Below, piece by piece: positions 1 to 9,425 of a stretch of DNA of 39,510 nt. Both the position numbers and the translations under genes were made by a program. A model generated the notes under the pieces. The model saw only the letters and a program-made list of their open reading frames with translations. It searched no databases and was not told the origin of the DNA. The stretch is from a virus (Duplodnaviria > Caudoviricetes). Each line of letters starts with the position of its first letter. The first letter of the stretch is position 1. The DNA is taken from IMG/VR virus record IMGVR_UViG_3300038675_000151, positions 1-39,510 of that record. One strand, given 5' to 3'.

Positions 1-276
1 TTTGAAAAAGCGCTGGAACTCGTCACGCGCAACCAATATCCATTTAAAGTACCGTATAAACTCTTCCAAGTGGTGCTTGACCACCCTGTATAGGGTAACC
101 AAATCCAGATTTATGTCATTGATGATCTCGACATCAGAAGCATCTTCGTTCTTTTCAAACAGAAGCCATGCTGCACCAGCGAATACCTCAACATAGCATT
201 TGTGTTCCGGAATCCTCGGAATGATCTTTTTTGCCAATAACGACTTACCACCCATGTACGCCAAAAAACTTTTCAC
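1..276 (-). CDS. dam: DNA adenine methyltransferase (Dam/D12 class), N-terminal part; runs off the left edge
   Basis: Not in the ORF track. Manual translation from GTG at 276 (RBS GGGGAGGA at 281-288) gives MKSFLAYMGGKSLLAKKIIPRIPEHKCYVEVFAGAAWLLF...EIINDINLDLVTLYRVVKHHLEEF, with the Dam motifs YxGGK, YVEvFaG and INDIN. Confidence 0.92.
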   Translation of the reverse strand, partial: MKSFLAYMGGKSLLAKKIIPRIPEHKCYVEVFAGAAWLLFEKNEDASDVEIINDINLDLVTLYRVVKHHLEEFIRYFKWILVARDEFQRFFK

Positions 277-293
277 CAGATCCTCCCCTTAAA

Positions 294-322
294 TTGATTT
301 ACGGGATGGACCCTGCTATAAG
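294..322 (+). promoter_or_regulatory. sigma70-type promoter, antisense to the tail/dam transcript
   Basis: TTGATT (294-299), 17 bp spacer, TATAAG (317-322), with extended -10 TG at 314-315. Confidence 0.6.
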
Positions 323-327
323 CCGCG

Positions 328-430
328 CGCGTGCCAACGCACAGCGGATGGCAGCGGGTCGTCCCGTCATGTGCTTCAACACATGGGCTGGGGAGGGGCT
401 ACTCCCTGGAATGCTGTCCGCTTCTTTTTT
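328..430 (+). ncRNA. candidate cloverleaf antisense RNA in the dam leader
   Basis: Closing stem AGCGGAUGGCA (343-353)/UGCUGUCCGCU (412-422) uses G-U pairs that work only on the + strand. It encloses three hairpins and is followed by a U-tract (423-430). Confidence 0.55.
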
Positions 431-433
431 CCT

Positions 434-943
434 CTATTTCGAGAGCTTGTTTCTCTCCGCTACCGCCTCCGCCTCATAGTTCTTGATGAACTCGGGGGCA
501 TCCGGTTGCTCGGCCACCCACTCCCGGATGGACCGGATTGATTTGAGATCAATTTCCATCAGCCGGGCCTTCACCTCCGCCTCTTCCTCAGCCTTCACCT
601 GAACAGGATCTTCAATCCATTTGTCACCGTTCCAGATGGGATGCATACAGGGCGGAAGATCAGTTTGGCCTTCCGGAATTGGACCCAGAGCTTCAACGAT
701 TGCTGATGTAGCGTCTGATGTCCGATACATGGTTTCACCCCGGTGATCCTCAACAAAGCTCCAGCCCTTTTCACCGAACACGGCAGCATAACCTTTGGAT
801 GCAGCAGGTGGGGGGGATGTGGTGGCATTGGCCGGAATAAGGCAAACGGGTTTCCCCCCTCGCTTTGTCTCAAGAGGGTCCAGGCGGGCTTCGGACTCCC
901 GCAGAAATTCGTTGGTCTCGCTGCTATAATGATAGATCTTCAT
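434..943 (-). CDS. tail fibre assembly chaperone (Tfa-like), copy A
   Basis: MKIYHYSSETNEF...LIPANAT..PP...W..VEDHRGETMY is the Tfa pattern; directly follows the tail fibre; start moved to ATG 943 (RBS GGGAGGA). Confidence 0.85.
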   Translation of the reverse strand: MKIYHYSSETNEFLRESEARLDPLETKRGGKPVCLIPANATTSPPPAASKGYAAVFGEKGWSFVEDHRGETMYRTSDATSAIVEALGPIPEGQTDLPPCMHPIWNGDKWIEDPVQVKAEEEAEVKARLMEIDLKSIRSIREWVAEQPDAPEFIKNYEAEAVAERNKLSK

Positions 944-1283
944 GATGGATGATCCTCCCATTAATACTTGATGATCGGCATGTAGGCCCGGTTGATCGGC
1001 CTCGTTTCATTTCCAGTAATGATATTGTCGGGAGCAGAGGAATCCACGGACGGTGATCCAGTACCGATAACGCGGTATCCGTTCGCCCCACCTGTCGTAA
1101 TGTCACCGGCGTATTTATAGCTATGCGAATGACTCTTAAAGTCGCTGGCCTGCATGGTCCCGACATGATCTCCTGTGGTTCCATCACCCCTGTCCGTTCG
1201 AGAAGCCCGATCCGGATCATTCGAGGAGCCATGCGCCCAGCCACGTTCGAACAGGCCGCGGTCGTCCGGAAGGTTGAAGGTTG
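887..1283. repeat. direct repeat copy 1 of the tail-fibre 3' end/tfa 5' end (partner about 39107-39510)
   Basis: About 887-1011 matches 39107-39232 with one mismatch seen. About 1203-1283 matches 39430-39510 with two mismatches seen. The tip-coding segment between them is unrelated. Confidence 0.95.
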
Positions 1284-2238
1284 TGCTTCCGTCACCGGAA
1301 CCGTACATCGTTCCAATGACGGCAAACAGATTTGCATACGTCGTCCTGGATATCGCTGAACCGTCCCGCTCCAGCCAGCCATCGGGAGGCGTTTCGGACG
1401 GCCAGTACGCCAATGAGCCAACTGGTGCCAAGTAAATCCCAAGGGTTGTCCTGGCTGTGGCCGCATCTGCATCATCAAGTAGGGTCCGTGCGAAGGCGGT
1501 AAGGTCCGCCAGGGCCATGGCACCTTCCCCGGTGGCATAAGGAAGTTTGTTCGCCGCCAGGGTAAGCCCCGCCAAGGCGGATAGGTTCGCAATCGACGCC
1601 AACGCCGCCAGGGCGGCGAGATTAGCATTGTACGCCTGGACGTCGGTGCCGATGGCAAGCCCGAGGGTCGTCCTCGCCGCCGCCGCCGTGAGATCGTCCA
1701 GCACCGTCTTCATGAAATCCGAGACTGCCAGGGCCGAGATGTCCGCGAGGTTCAGGTTCATCAGCCCTGTCAGGCCAGCGTTCCAGACCAGGGCTTTCCC
1801 GGCCTCGGGATTGGGGAGCGTGAGGTCCGAATAGGCCGATGCCACCGGGAGCCTCGGCATCCGGCCCATCAGCTCGAGGAGTTGCTGTACCAGGATCGTG
1901 GCCCTGTCCAAGCCCTCCTCGAGAGAGCCTGCCGGTAGCGAGTCGTTCTCGACAAAGTCGATCAACTGCGTGTACGGGATCGCCCTCTGGATCGTGACCT
2001 TCTGCGTGGCCGAGGGCGGGGAGGTGTTCCACGTCCCGGCCATGGTGATGGACCCGCCGCCGCCTGGGGAGATCGCGACGGTATAGTCGGTGGTCAGGGT
2101 CAGGGTATGTTCCGTCCCGTCGGCGTCCGTGACGATGACCGTCAGATCCGTGTTCGCGTACACCTTGAATGTGAACGCGAAGGACTTCGTCGCCCCATCC
2201 CCGTCATAGGTGACCTTGTTGGTGGTGCTGGAAATCAT
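961..2238 (-). CDS. tail fibre protein (T7 gp17-like N-terminal anchor, collar domain, tip A)
   Basis: N-terminal [14 protein letters not shown] anchor; collar PVGSLAYW...[42 protein letters not shown]; HxH and ETRP.N tip motifs. Confidence 0.92.
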   Translation of the reverse strand: MISSTTNKVTYDGDGATKSFAFTFKVYANTDLTVIVTDADGTEHTLTLTTDYTVAISPGGGGSITMAGTWNTSPPSATQKVTIQRAIPYTQLIDFVENDSLPAGSLEEGLDRATILVQQLLELMGRMPRLPVASAYSDLTLPNPEAGKALVWNAGLTGLMNLNLADISALAVSDFMKTVLDDLTAAAARTTLGLAIGTDVQAYNANLAALAALASIANLSALAGLTLAANKLPYATGEGAMALADLTAFARTLLDDADAATARTTLGIYLAPVGSLAYWPSETPPDGWLERDGSAISRTTYANLFAVIGTMYGSGDGSTTFNLPDDRGLFERGWAHGSSNDPDRASRTDRGDGTTGDHVGTMQASDFKSHSHSYKYAGDITTGGANGYRVIGTGSPSVDSSAPDNIITGNETRPINRAYMPIIKY

Positions 2239-2250
2239 GTCGCCCTCCTA

Positions 2251-5200
2251 TTAAAACTGGACTCCGTGTACCTTTTCCTGTTTTTCTTGTTTCCGACGCT
2301 CAATGGCTTCCGCCAGGGGCCGATTTTCATCGAGGAACGCCGCTGTGCCGATCCGCTTGTAGCGGTTGTACAGATCCCTGATGGCCTTCGCCTTACCGCC
2401 ATCCTCGCCGTCGGTAAGGGACTGATAGTCGGGCGAGGAAATCAGGGCTTCCATCGCCTGCTTCAGGTTAAGCCCCGACTCGTCCGGGGTCTTGCCGATC
2501 AACTCCATCAGTCTTGGCCGGTCACCGGCTTCGAGATATTTACCGCCCAGGACTTTCTGCGGCATCGCCAGTTGCACGTTGAGCCTCTTGACCTCGTCAT
2601 CCACGATGGACCGCCTGTCCTCCGACGTCTTGATCGGGGATAGCCAATCCGGCCCGAGGCTCCCTTCCCGCTCAATCGGATCTCCCCAGATATCCCTCTT
2701 CGCCGGGAGAGTGGAGGACAGACCGGGGGTCGCCGCCTTCATCGCGTCGATCATGCCCATCGTCTCCCGCACAACCGGGTCGATCTCGGTCCGGTTGAGT
2801 TGTTGGACGGCACCGGGTATCAGGGACCGAGCGTAGTTCTTCGCGGTCTGGGCAAAGTACCGTTCCGGGTCGTACAGGGGCTTGACGACATTGCTGATCC
2901 CCTGGAGGAAGGACTTCTCCGTCACGTTCTTCGAGAACGCCACCGATGCGGCCACGGCCAGACCGGCCACCTCGTCCAGGTCGTGATCCCCGGCTTCCTT
3001 CCGGGCCGTGATCTCTCCGATGTCGGCGGCGATGCCGAGCAGGGTGCCGACAGGTTCGAGGCTCCCGTACTCGTAGTAGGTGCCGCCGATCTTGACGGAA
3101 TAAGGTTGCCAGCCTGTCCTCCTCCACCCTGCCGCCAATTCCGGGTCTTTCGGGCCGCCGCCGGTCAGGGTTCCCTCGTATCCCCACATCCCGGCCATCA
3201 GCATGATGACGGACCCGAGGCCGATCCGGGCCAGGGCAAGGTCTCGCTTCGCCCCCCCTGCGGCGATGTCGGCCCGGATGGACGCCGAGGCGAGGGCCAG
3301 CGGTGTCCGCTCCCCGAAGTACTTCAGGATGTTCGCCGGGGTGCGGACGAAGGGAACAACCAGGGAGCCGAGCGGGTGCGAGTTGATGAATGCCTGGAAC
3401 TTCGTGCCGTACTCGCCCAAAGCCTTCGTGAACGTCTGGTAGTCGGCGTTTTTCCTGGCTTCCAGGGCGATGTCTTCAGGCGGATCGTTGATGATTGCCG
3501 CCACCCTCATCGCCAGGGCGTCACCATCAAGCCCCTCGGCCACCGCCCTGCGGTACGCCTGGGCGTGGAGTTCCATCCGGTAGCCGACGGCCTTAAAGAG
3601 CGTGTCTTCGACCTGGAGAGCCGTGCCGGGGATCCTCACCGCCTCACCCAGGAGATCTGCCGCCCTGGCAAGTTGACCGCCGTATCCGAGTTTGTCTACG
3701 GCTTTCCCCGCCAGAGTGTTGAGGACGTTATCCCCTGTGATCGCCGCCCTCTGTTCGATCTTTCCGCTGTCGTCGGCAAACGTCTCGGCCAGGAGTTTCA
3801 TGGCCCCCTGCTTGTCGCCCTGCCGTGCGAGGTCGTAGAAGTTGCCGAGGAGCCGGAACCCGTCCTCAAAGGCCCCCTTGATGCCCAGGAGTTGTGCCCC
3901 CGCCTCTGCCAGACGGATTTCCTGACGGCCACCCCCGACGGCCTGGGCCACCCTGCCGATCCCGGCGGCAATGGCCCTCTCGGGGATCTGCTGGAGGGCG
4001 ACCAGGGTGTTCGAGATCATGTTCTTCATGTGCGTGATCGGCCCCGAGAGCAGGCCATTGATCCAGACCTCTCGGAGCATCTCCAGGGTTGTAGCCTTTC
4101 GCATCTGCCTGACCGTCCTGGTCAGGGCCTCGGGGTTCACGGTGGCGATCATGGCGGCGAGATGCTCCGTGCTGATCTTTCCGGCGTCCTTCCCGGTGGC
4201 GGCGAGGAGGTCCATCTGCTCCTTCATCGAGCGAACCATCGCATCCTGGGATCCCGCCAGGATCTTGAACTGGGCCAGGGCACGGCCAGCCTCGGCAGTC
4301 ATGCCGCTCACCTGGGCCTGGATGCCGTAGTGGATGTTCAGGGCACGACGGAAGGCGAACCTGTCGATGTCAGACGCCGTGGGGGCCGTCGCCTTCTGGG
4401 CCAGATCCCGCAGGGTGACAGCCGAGGACACCAGGATTCGCCTCGCCGCCAGGGCTTCCTCGGCGTTGAACGCCTGACCGGCCCGACGGGAGAGCAACTG
4501 ATCCACCGTCATTCCCAGGTCGTCGGCCAGGGCCTGCGTCTGCTCCTGGGAGATCTTGCCCCTCCTGGCCGCATCGATGCCGCCCCCGAACTGCTTCGCC
4601 GTCTGGGCGATCACCTCCTTGACATCGTCCTCCGTGTCGATCTTCGAGAAGTTGATGTTGACGGCGAATTCGCCGGGGATCGACTGCTCCATCCGCAGGA
4701 ATTCCTCCGCGACGGCGGGGTCCACAGGAGCGGTGTAGTCCGCCTTCTTCCAGACCTTCACCAGGGGATCGTCGGACAGTTTCAGGGCCGATGCGATCCT
4801 ATCCGAGACTTCCTTCTCCAGGGCCGTCTGGACATCATGGGCCACCTCGGGGAGGACATCGTCGGCGGACTTCGCCATCGCCTTCCCTGCCGCCTTCACG
4901 CCCTTCGCACCGGCCACGCCTGCGGCAAACCCCGCCACCCCTCGGGCCGGATCAAAGCCGAGGCTTCCCTCTTCGTCCTCGGTGATCCCGGCCCCGACGC
5001 CACCGGCCATGCCGTACATCATGTTCTCGGTTCTCGGGTCGTAGGTTCCCCGGTTGCCCGTTGCGGACTTGATCTGCTCCGGGTCGAATGCCATGTAGGA
5101 GGTTGACCCCTTGTTCTCGTACTTGTTCGTGTAGACGATCCCGTCATAGCCGAGGTCGTCGCGGAGGAGGCGGCGGATCATCTCGGGCCACTTGTCCTCC

Positions 5201-7953
5201 TCGCCACGCTCGATTGCCATCTTGGCGTCCTGCCTGATGGCTTCCGCGATGTCTGTATCGAGGTTGTCCAGCCGTCCGGGCCGTAACCACTCCTGGGGTC
5301 GCTCCCAGGCGTCCATGTCGTTCAGGCGGATCGGGTTCCTGATATTGAGGTACACCGGGACAATCCCTCGTCCCTCCTGATGCGGTTCAACGCCATGCCG
5401 CCCGACGTCCTTGATGACCGGGGCGGTCATCCCGGCCCGGACGTTTGCCGCCTTCGCCGTCCCGAAGTGAATCCCCACAAAACCGGGGCGGACCTCGAAG
5501 GAGTCTCCGATGCTGTTTGCGTCGAGAGATCCGTGATAGACGATGAGCGGCTTCCCGTCCTTGCCTACAACCTTGGATGCGTTCGCGGGATCTTTCTCCC
5601 AATCGCCAAACCATTCCTTGAACGCAGGGGCCTGGGGGCCGATCTCGGCCTGGGGGGGCGTCCTCTCTGCCTTGCCACCCCGGAGAACGGGGAAGGGGCC
5701 GTCCTCGATATTGTCTGCCGTCTGCCTGACGTAAGTCCCGGCCTTCACCTCGTCCGCAATGCCTCGGGCGATCTTGAGGTATTCCCCGACCTTGCCCTCC
5801 TCCCGCCGCTCCCGGCGATTCTTGATGGCCGTCGGGATGTACTTCTCGTCGAATTCGGCTTTGACGGGCTTATAGGGGTACTGGCCCGGAACATTGAATT
5901 TCCCGTATTCAGGGCCGATCAACTTCATGTAGTTCGGGTCCGCCTTGTCGGCGTATTGCCGGATATGGTCGAGGACCGGTTCTGTCCTGGCAGTCTTTTT
6001 CGCCTCTGCAAATGCGGCATCCAGGCCCTTCTGGTACTCGGGGTCGTTGGAGATGAACTGCGGGAACTTCGGGATGATGTTCCGCTCGTCGCAGAGGTCG
6101 AGGTACTTCTCCAAGTCGCCGCCGTGTTCCGTTTCGGCAACGGAGAGATTTCCCGCCTCTTCCATGAATTTCTTGTTCTTGACGCTGACCTGTCTCCCGT
6201 CGGCCCTGAAAACCGTTTCGTTCTGGTACTTCGTGTAGTCCTGAATATCTGTGTCACCGAGCCTCTTCTTCAGTTCCTTCAGCGGCTGATTCGAGGAATG
6301 CCAGGGGATGACATGGTCGATGTTCGGATCGGCCATGACCCTGCGGATCTCGTCGTCGGTGAACCCGACATAGATCGTGGAGACGTTCGGGTACTTCTCC
6401 CGCATCTTCAGGGCCTCGGCCATGTTCATGCCGACCCGCTCGTCCCGGCCCACGGACATATTGATGTACATCCCAGACGGGCCGAAGATCTTCGCGAAGT
6501 CCGCTTCCTTCGTGTACGCCGCTTCAGGAATGCCAATGTGTGCGGCCTGGGCAATCTGCACCATCTGGCCGGGGATATGTTCGGCTTTGAAATCGGTGCT
6601 GGAGTAGTTCCGCAGGGCACTTCTTTCAACCAGGGCCAGGAAGCCTTCCCTCGTCCGGGGAGACGCAAACTCCCCGTTGTACCCGCCAACGCCGATGATG
6701 TACTTCTTCTGCATCGCCTCGCCAGACTTGCTCCTGCCAGGCACGACGTAGCATTGCGGACAGGGTGTCGGCAGTCCATCCGCATTCGCTCGGGCGATGA
6801 TCTCCCAGGCCATCTCGGAGTCGTAGTCCTTCCCGAGGGTCTGCTTCAGGTAGTTGACGGCGGCATCCGTACCTTTGCTCTTCTGGCACAGAACGTCGGG
6901 GTCTATGGACCGGCCATACTCCTTGTTCTCATCAAAGAAACCCTTCTCCGGGTTGTACTTCAGGAACGTGGGTTCCCTGTCGATCTGCCTCTGGATCTCG
7001 AGGGCCTTCTCGTAGACGCTGGCGTTCTTGTCCTTCTGCCGGATCATTCCTTTCAGGATGTTCCGGTAAGAGGGGGCGATCATCGCGATGGCCCCGCCGC
7101 CGAGCCCGTAGGCCATCGCCCTGGCGGGGTTCCAGCCGACGATATTGCCCTGCTCGTCCGTCTCCATGCCCATTGCGGCACCGCCGGTAATGCCGAAGAG
7201 GGCATTCTCCCGCGAGGCCTTCCGGTACCCCTCGGCCAAGGCGTCGAGTCCGCCGGTCTTCAGGCTCTCCATGAAGTCCGTCGCCGTCTTCGTGATGTTC
7301 TCCCCGGTAAACTTGATGCCGTGCCGCTCATAGGCCCGGAGGATCGACTTCTCCAGGGCGGTCTCCAGGGTGCCACCGGACAGGACGCCGAGGGCAAGGT
7401 TCACCGGCAGGACCGCACTCGACGGGAGAAGATCCTCTGCCGCCGTCGCCACAGGGCCGACGATGGATTCCCCGGCCAGGGCGGCCACGCCACCGGCAAC
7501 ACCACCCGCTACCGCCTTCTTTCCCGCCGCCGCCGCGATCCTGGCACCGGATCCGGCACCGGCACCGGTAACCATGATCGGATCGAACCAGGGGTCTTCC
7601 GTGCCAAGGGTGACGTTCGCCAGGGCCTCGGAGGACGGCACCCCCTGCCGCATCTGATCCATCGCGACGACGGACTGCCGCTCTTCCGGGGTCATCTGAT
7701 CGAGGGGCTTCCGGCCCTTCTGGTAGATTGCCTGGGCCGGGGATTTCCCGATCTTGGGTTCCGGCTGTAGGCCGGTCATGGCGACATCGCCGGGGAAGCC
7801 CGTCACGACCTCGTCCATGATCTGCTTCAGTTCCGGCGAGACCGTGTTCTTCCGGCGGCCCAGGTAGGAGCCGGTGAGATCGTTGTCTACGGACTCGCTG
7901 GTCTTGCTCCAATCAACGTCGAACCCTGTCAGATCAAGGTTTAGATCGTTCAT
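2251..7953 (-). CDS. giant internal virion/ejection protein (polyvalent: radical-SAM/GP88-like, ART-PolyVal-like and LPD38-like regions), about 1900 aa
   Basis: Syntenic with T7 gp16. ART-like block FKEWFGDW...PLIVYHGS...VYLNIRNP...GYDGIVY...AFDPEQIKSATGNRGTYDP. C-terminal GWQPYSVKIGGTYYEYGSLEP. Start at ATG 7953 (RBS GGAGG). Confidence 0.8.
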   Translation of the reverse strand: MNDLNLDLTGFDVDWSKTSESVDNDLTGSYLGRRKNTVSPELKQIMDEVVTGFPGDVAMTGLQPEPKIGKSPAQAIYQKGRKPLDQMTPEERQSVVAMDQMRQGVPSSEALANVTLGTEDPWFDPIMVTGAGAGSGARIAAAAGKKAVAGGVAGGVAALAGESIVGPVATAAEDLLPSSAVLPVNLALGVLSGGTLETALEKSILRAYERHGIKFTGENITKTATDFMESLKTGGLDALAEGYRKASRENALFGITGGAAMGMETDEQGNIVGWNPARAMAYGLGGGAIAMIAPSYRNILKGMIRQKDKNASVYEKALEIQRQIDREPTFLKYNPEKGFFDENKEYGRSIDPDVLCQKSKGTDAAVNYLKQTLGKDYDSEMAWEIIARANADGLPTPCPQCYVVPGRSKSGEAMQKKYIIGVGGYNGEFASPRTREGFLALVERSALRNYSSTDFKAEHIPGQMVQIAQAAHIGIPEAAYTKEADFAKIFGPSGMYINMSVGRDERVGMNMAEALKMREKYPNVSTIYVGFTDDEIRRVMADPNIDHVIPWHSSNQPLKELKKRLGDTDIQDYTKYQNETVFRADGRQVSVKNKKFMEEAGNLSVAETEHGGDLEKYLDLCDERNIIPKFPQFISNDPEYQKGLDAAFAEAKKTARTEPVLDHIRQYADKADPNYMKLIGPEYGKFNVPGQYPYKPVKAEFDEKYIPTAIKNRRERREEGKVGEYLKIARGIADEVKAGTYVRQTADNIEDGPFPVLRGGKAERTPPQAEIGPQAPAFKEWFGDWEKDPANASKVVGKDGKPLIVYHGSLDANSIGDSFEVRPGFVGIHFGTAKAANVRAGMTAPVIKDVGRHGVEPHQEGRGIVPVYLNIRNPIRLNDMDAWERPQEWLRPGRLDNLDTDIAEAIRQDAKMAIERGEEDKWPEMIRRLLRDDLGYDGIVYTNKYENKGSTSYMAFDPEQIKSATGNRGTYDPRTENMMYGMAGGVGAGITEDEEGSLGFDPARGVAGFAAGVAGAKGVKAAGKAMAKSADDVLPEVAHDVQTALEKEVSDRIASALKLSDDPLVKVWKKADYTAPVDPAVAEEFLRMEQSIPGEFAVNINFSKIDTEDDVKEVIAQTAKQFGGGIDAARRGKISQEQTQALADDLGMTVDQLLSRRAGQAFNAEEALAARRILVSSAVTLRDLAQKATAPTASDIDRFAFRRALNIHYGIQAQVSGMTAEAGRALAQFKILAGSQDAMVRSMKEQMDLLAATGKDAGKISTEHLAAMIATVNPEALTRTVRQMRKATTLEMLREVWINGLLSGPITHMKNMISNTLVALQQIPERAIAAGIGRVAQAVGGGRQEIRLAEAGAQLLGIKGAFEDGFRLLGNFYDLARQGDKQGAMKLLAETFADDSGKIEQRAAITGDNVLNTLAGKAVDKLGYGGQLARAADLLGEAVRIPGTALQVEDTLFKAVGYRMELHAQAYRRAVAEGLDGDALAMRVAAIINDPPEDIALEARKNADYQTFTKALGEYGTKFQAFINSHPLGSLVVPFVRTPANILKYFGERTPLALASASIRADIAAGGAKRDLALARIGLGSVIMLMAGMWGYEGTLTGGGPKDPELAAGWRRTGWQPYSVKIGGTYYEYGSLEPVGTLLGIAADIGEITARKEAGDHDLDEVAGLAVAASVAFSKNVTEKSFLQGISNVVKPLYDPERYFAQTAKNYARSLIPGAVQQLNRTEIDPVVRETMGMIDAMKAATPGLSSTLPAKRDIWGDPIEREGSLGPDWLSPIKTSEDRRSIVDDEVKRLNVQLAMPQKVLGGKYLEAGDRPRLMELIGKTPDESGLNLKQAMEALISSPDYQSLTDGEDGGKAKAIRDLYNRYKRIGTAAFLDENRPLAEAIERRKQEKQEKVHGVQF

Positions 7954-9424
7954 ACTTGCCCTCCGTTTTCTTCCCTTCCCTGGCTCTCTCAATGTCCACG
8001 AGCCGCTTCCTGGCGATAGAGATTTGGACCGCGAGGCTGTTTCGCTCCTCCAGGGTCAGGCCAGGGGCGGTTGCCACGGCGGTCTGTGCCTTTGTAACAG
8101 CGTCAAAGGTGGTCAGGTTGTACGCCCCGATGGCAGGGTGCGAGATCCTCGGAGCGGCCCCGGTATACTTGTTGTAATTGGACCGATAGAACTCCCACGG
8201 ATCAGCCCCCTGCGAGAACGCCCTGGTCGCGTCGGCGGCGAACATCTTGTACTTCGCCTGGAGATCCGGGGATGCGTCCGAGTGGGGCTTGACGGATTCG
8301 AGCATCATGTTGAATTCCATCCGCCGGAACATCCGGCCCTGCTCTGCCGCAGACCGCTCGATGGAGTAGATGGTCTTCATCATGTCCTTCTTGTCGTCCG
8401 GGGCGATCCTCGGGTCGGCCAGGATCTGTCGCCTGGAGATCCGCCCGGAGAGGATGCCCTCCCAGACCTCTGCGGTATAGGTGGCGTCGGTGGCGGCGAA
8501 CTTCCCCTCCCGCCATTCCCGCAACTGTTTCCGAAGGTGATCGGCATCCTTCGCCAGGATCGTGCGGTCAGTCACGGCCTGCCTGATCCGGCTCTCGATC
8601 TCAACGATTGCGGCATCCCTCGCGGCCTCGGAACCGTCCTGATCCGCCTGCAACTGGAGGTCGATGATGCCCATGTGGACATCGTCAAACGCCTTCTCGG
8701 CCTTCTTCTTGGACAGCGTCTCGGCCCTGGACCGGGACGCCTCGATGATCCTCTCCATGTCGTCCCACTTCTTCGAGTCGAGGACGGCGAAGAAAGCCTT
8801 CTTCTGCTTCGGGTCGTCCAGCCGGTCCAGCATCGCCTCGACGGTGGCGGGGTTGTACAGCCTCTGCTTGATGAAGTTCTCGGTGTAGTCCGACGCCTTC
8901 TTCACGATCATGGCATCGGCCTCGAGGGGGCCGAGATAGGAGCGGAACGTCTGTACCGTGGCGGTGATGTTTGCAAGGCCGGGGGTCCACTCTCCGGACT
9001 CCATCGCATTTTTGGTATACTCGTTCACCTTCGCATCAATCCGCTGGATCGTGTTCAGGTGCAGGAGTTTCGCGGACTCGTTGCCGACGTGGACCCCATT
9101 CTCCCTCTGCGTGACAGCCCCGACCTTCTTCAGGTACATCGCCACGGCGGGGTTACTGGCCTTTGATGCGTACTTCTCCGTGATCTCTGCATCCTTCGCC
9201 ATGTAGGCGGACAGCGGGTCTGCCTCGTATCCCGTCAGGCCGCGAACGTACTGATCACGGAAGGTCTGCTTCTCGACCCGCATCTGCGTCTCGAGGTCCA
9301 TCCCCTCAAGGAGATCCTTCTGGTCCTGTATGGTCTTCATGACGGCGAAGCCAACGTCCGCCGTCGTCTTCCCCAGACCCGCCAAAGCCCCGCTTGCCGC
9401 AGTCAATGCTCCGATGTCAGGCAT
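7934..9424 (-). CDS. internal virion/ejection protein (T7 gp15 position)
   Basis: 496 aa, helical, Gly/Ala-rich N-terminus; lies between the gp14-like and gp16-like genes. Confidence 0.65.
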   Translation of the reverse strand: MPDIGALTAASGALAGLGKTTADVGFAVMKTIQDQKDLLEGMDLETQMRVEKQTFRDQYVRGLTGYEADPLSAYMAKDAEITEKYASKASNPAVAMYLKKVGAVTQRENGVHVGNESAKLLHLNTIQRIDAKVNEYTKNAMESGEWTPGLANITATVQTFRSYLGPLEADAMIVKKASDYTENFIKQRLYNPATVEAMLDRLDDPKQKKAFFAVLDSKKWDDMERIIEASRSRAETLSKKKAEKAFDDVHMGIIDLQLQADQDGSEAARDAAIVEIESRIRQAVTDRTILAKDADHLRKQLREWREGKFAATDATYTAEVWEGILSGRISRRQILADPRIAPDDKKDMMKTIYSIERSAAEQGRMFRRMEFNMMLESVKPHSDASPDLQAKYKMFAADATRAFSQGADPWEFYRSNYNKYTGAAPRISHPAIGAYNLTTFDAVTKAQTAVATAPGLTLEERNSLAVQISIARKRLVDIERAREGKKTEGKYERSKP

Positions 9425-9425
9425 C

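Noticed and set aside
302-313. 12-bp match CGGGATGGACCC with 27961-27972
   Set aside because: Matches of this length are expected by chance in 39 kb of GC-rich DNA.
2-479. ORF-track + strand ORFs 2-196 and 231-479
   Set aside because: They are antisense to the clear dam gene and overlap the structured RNA and tfa; not protein-like.
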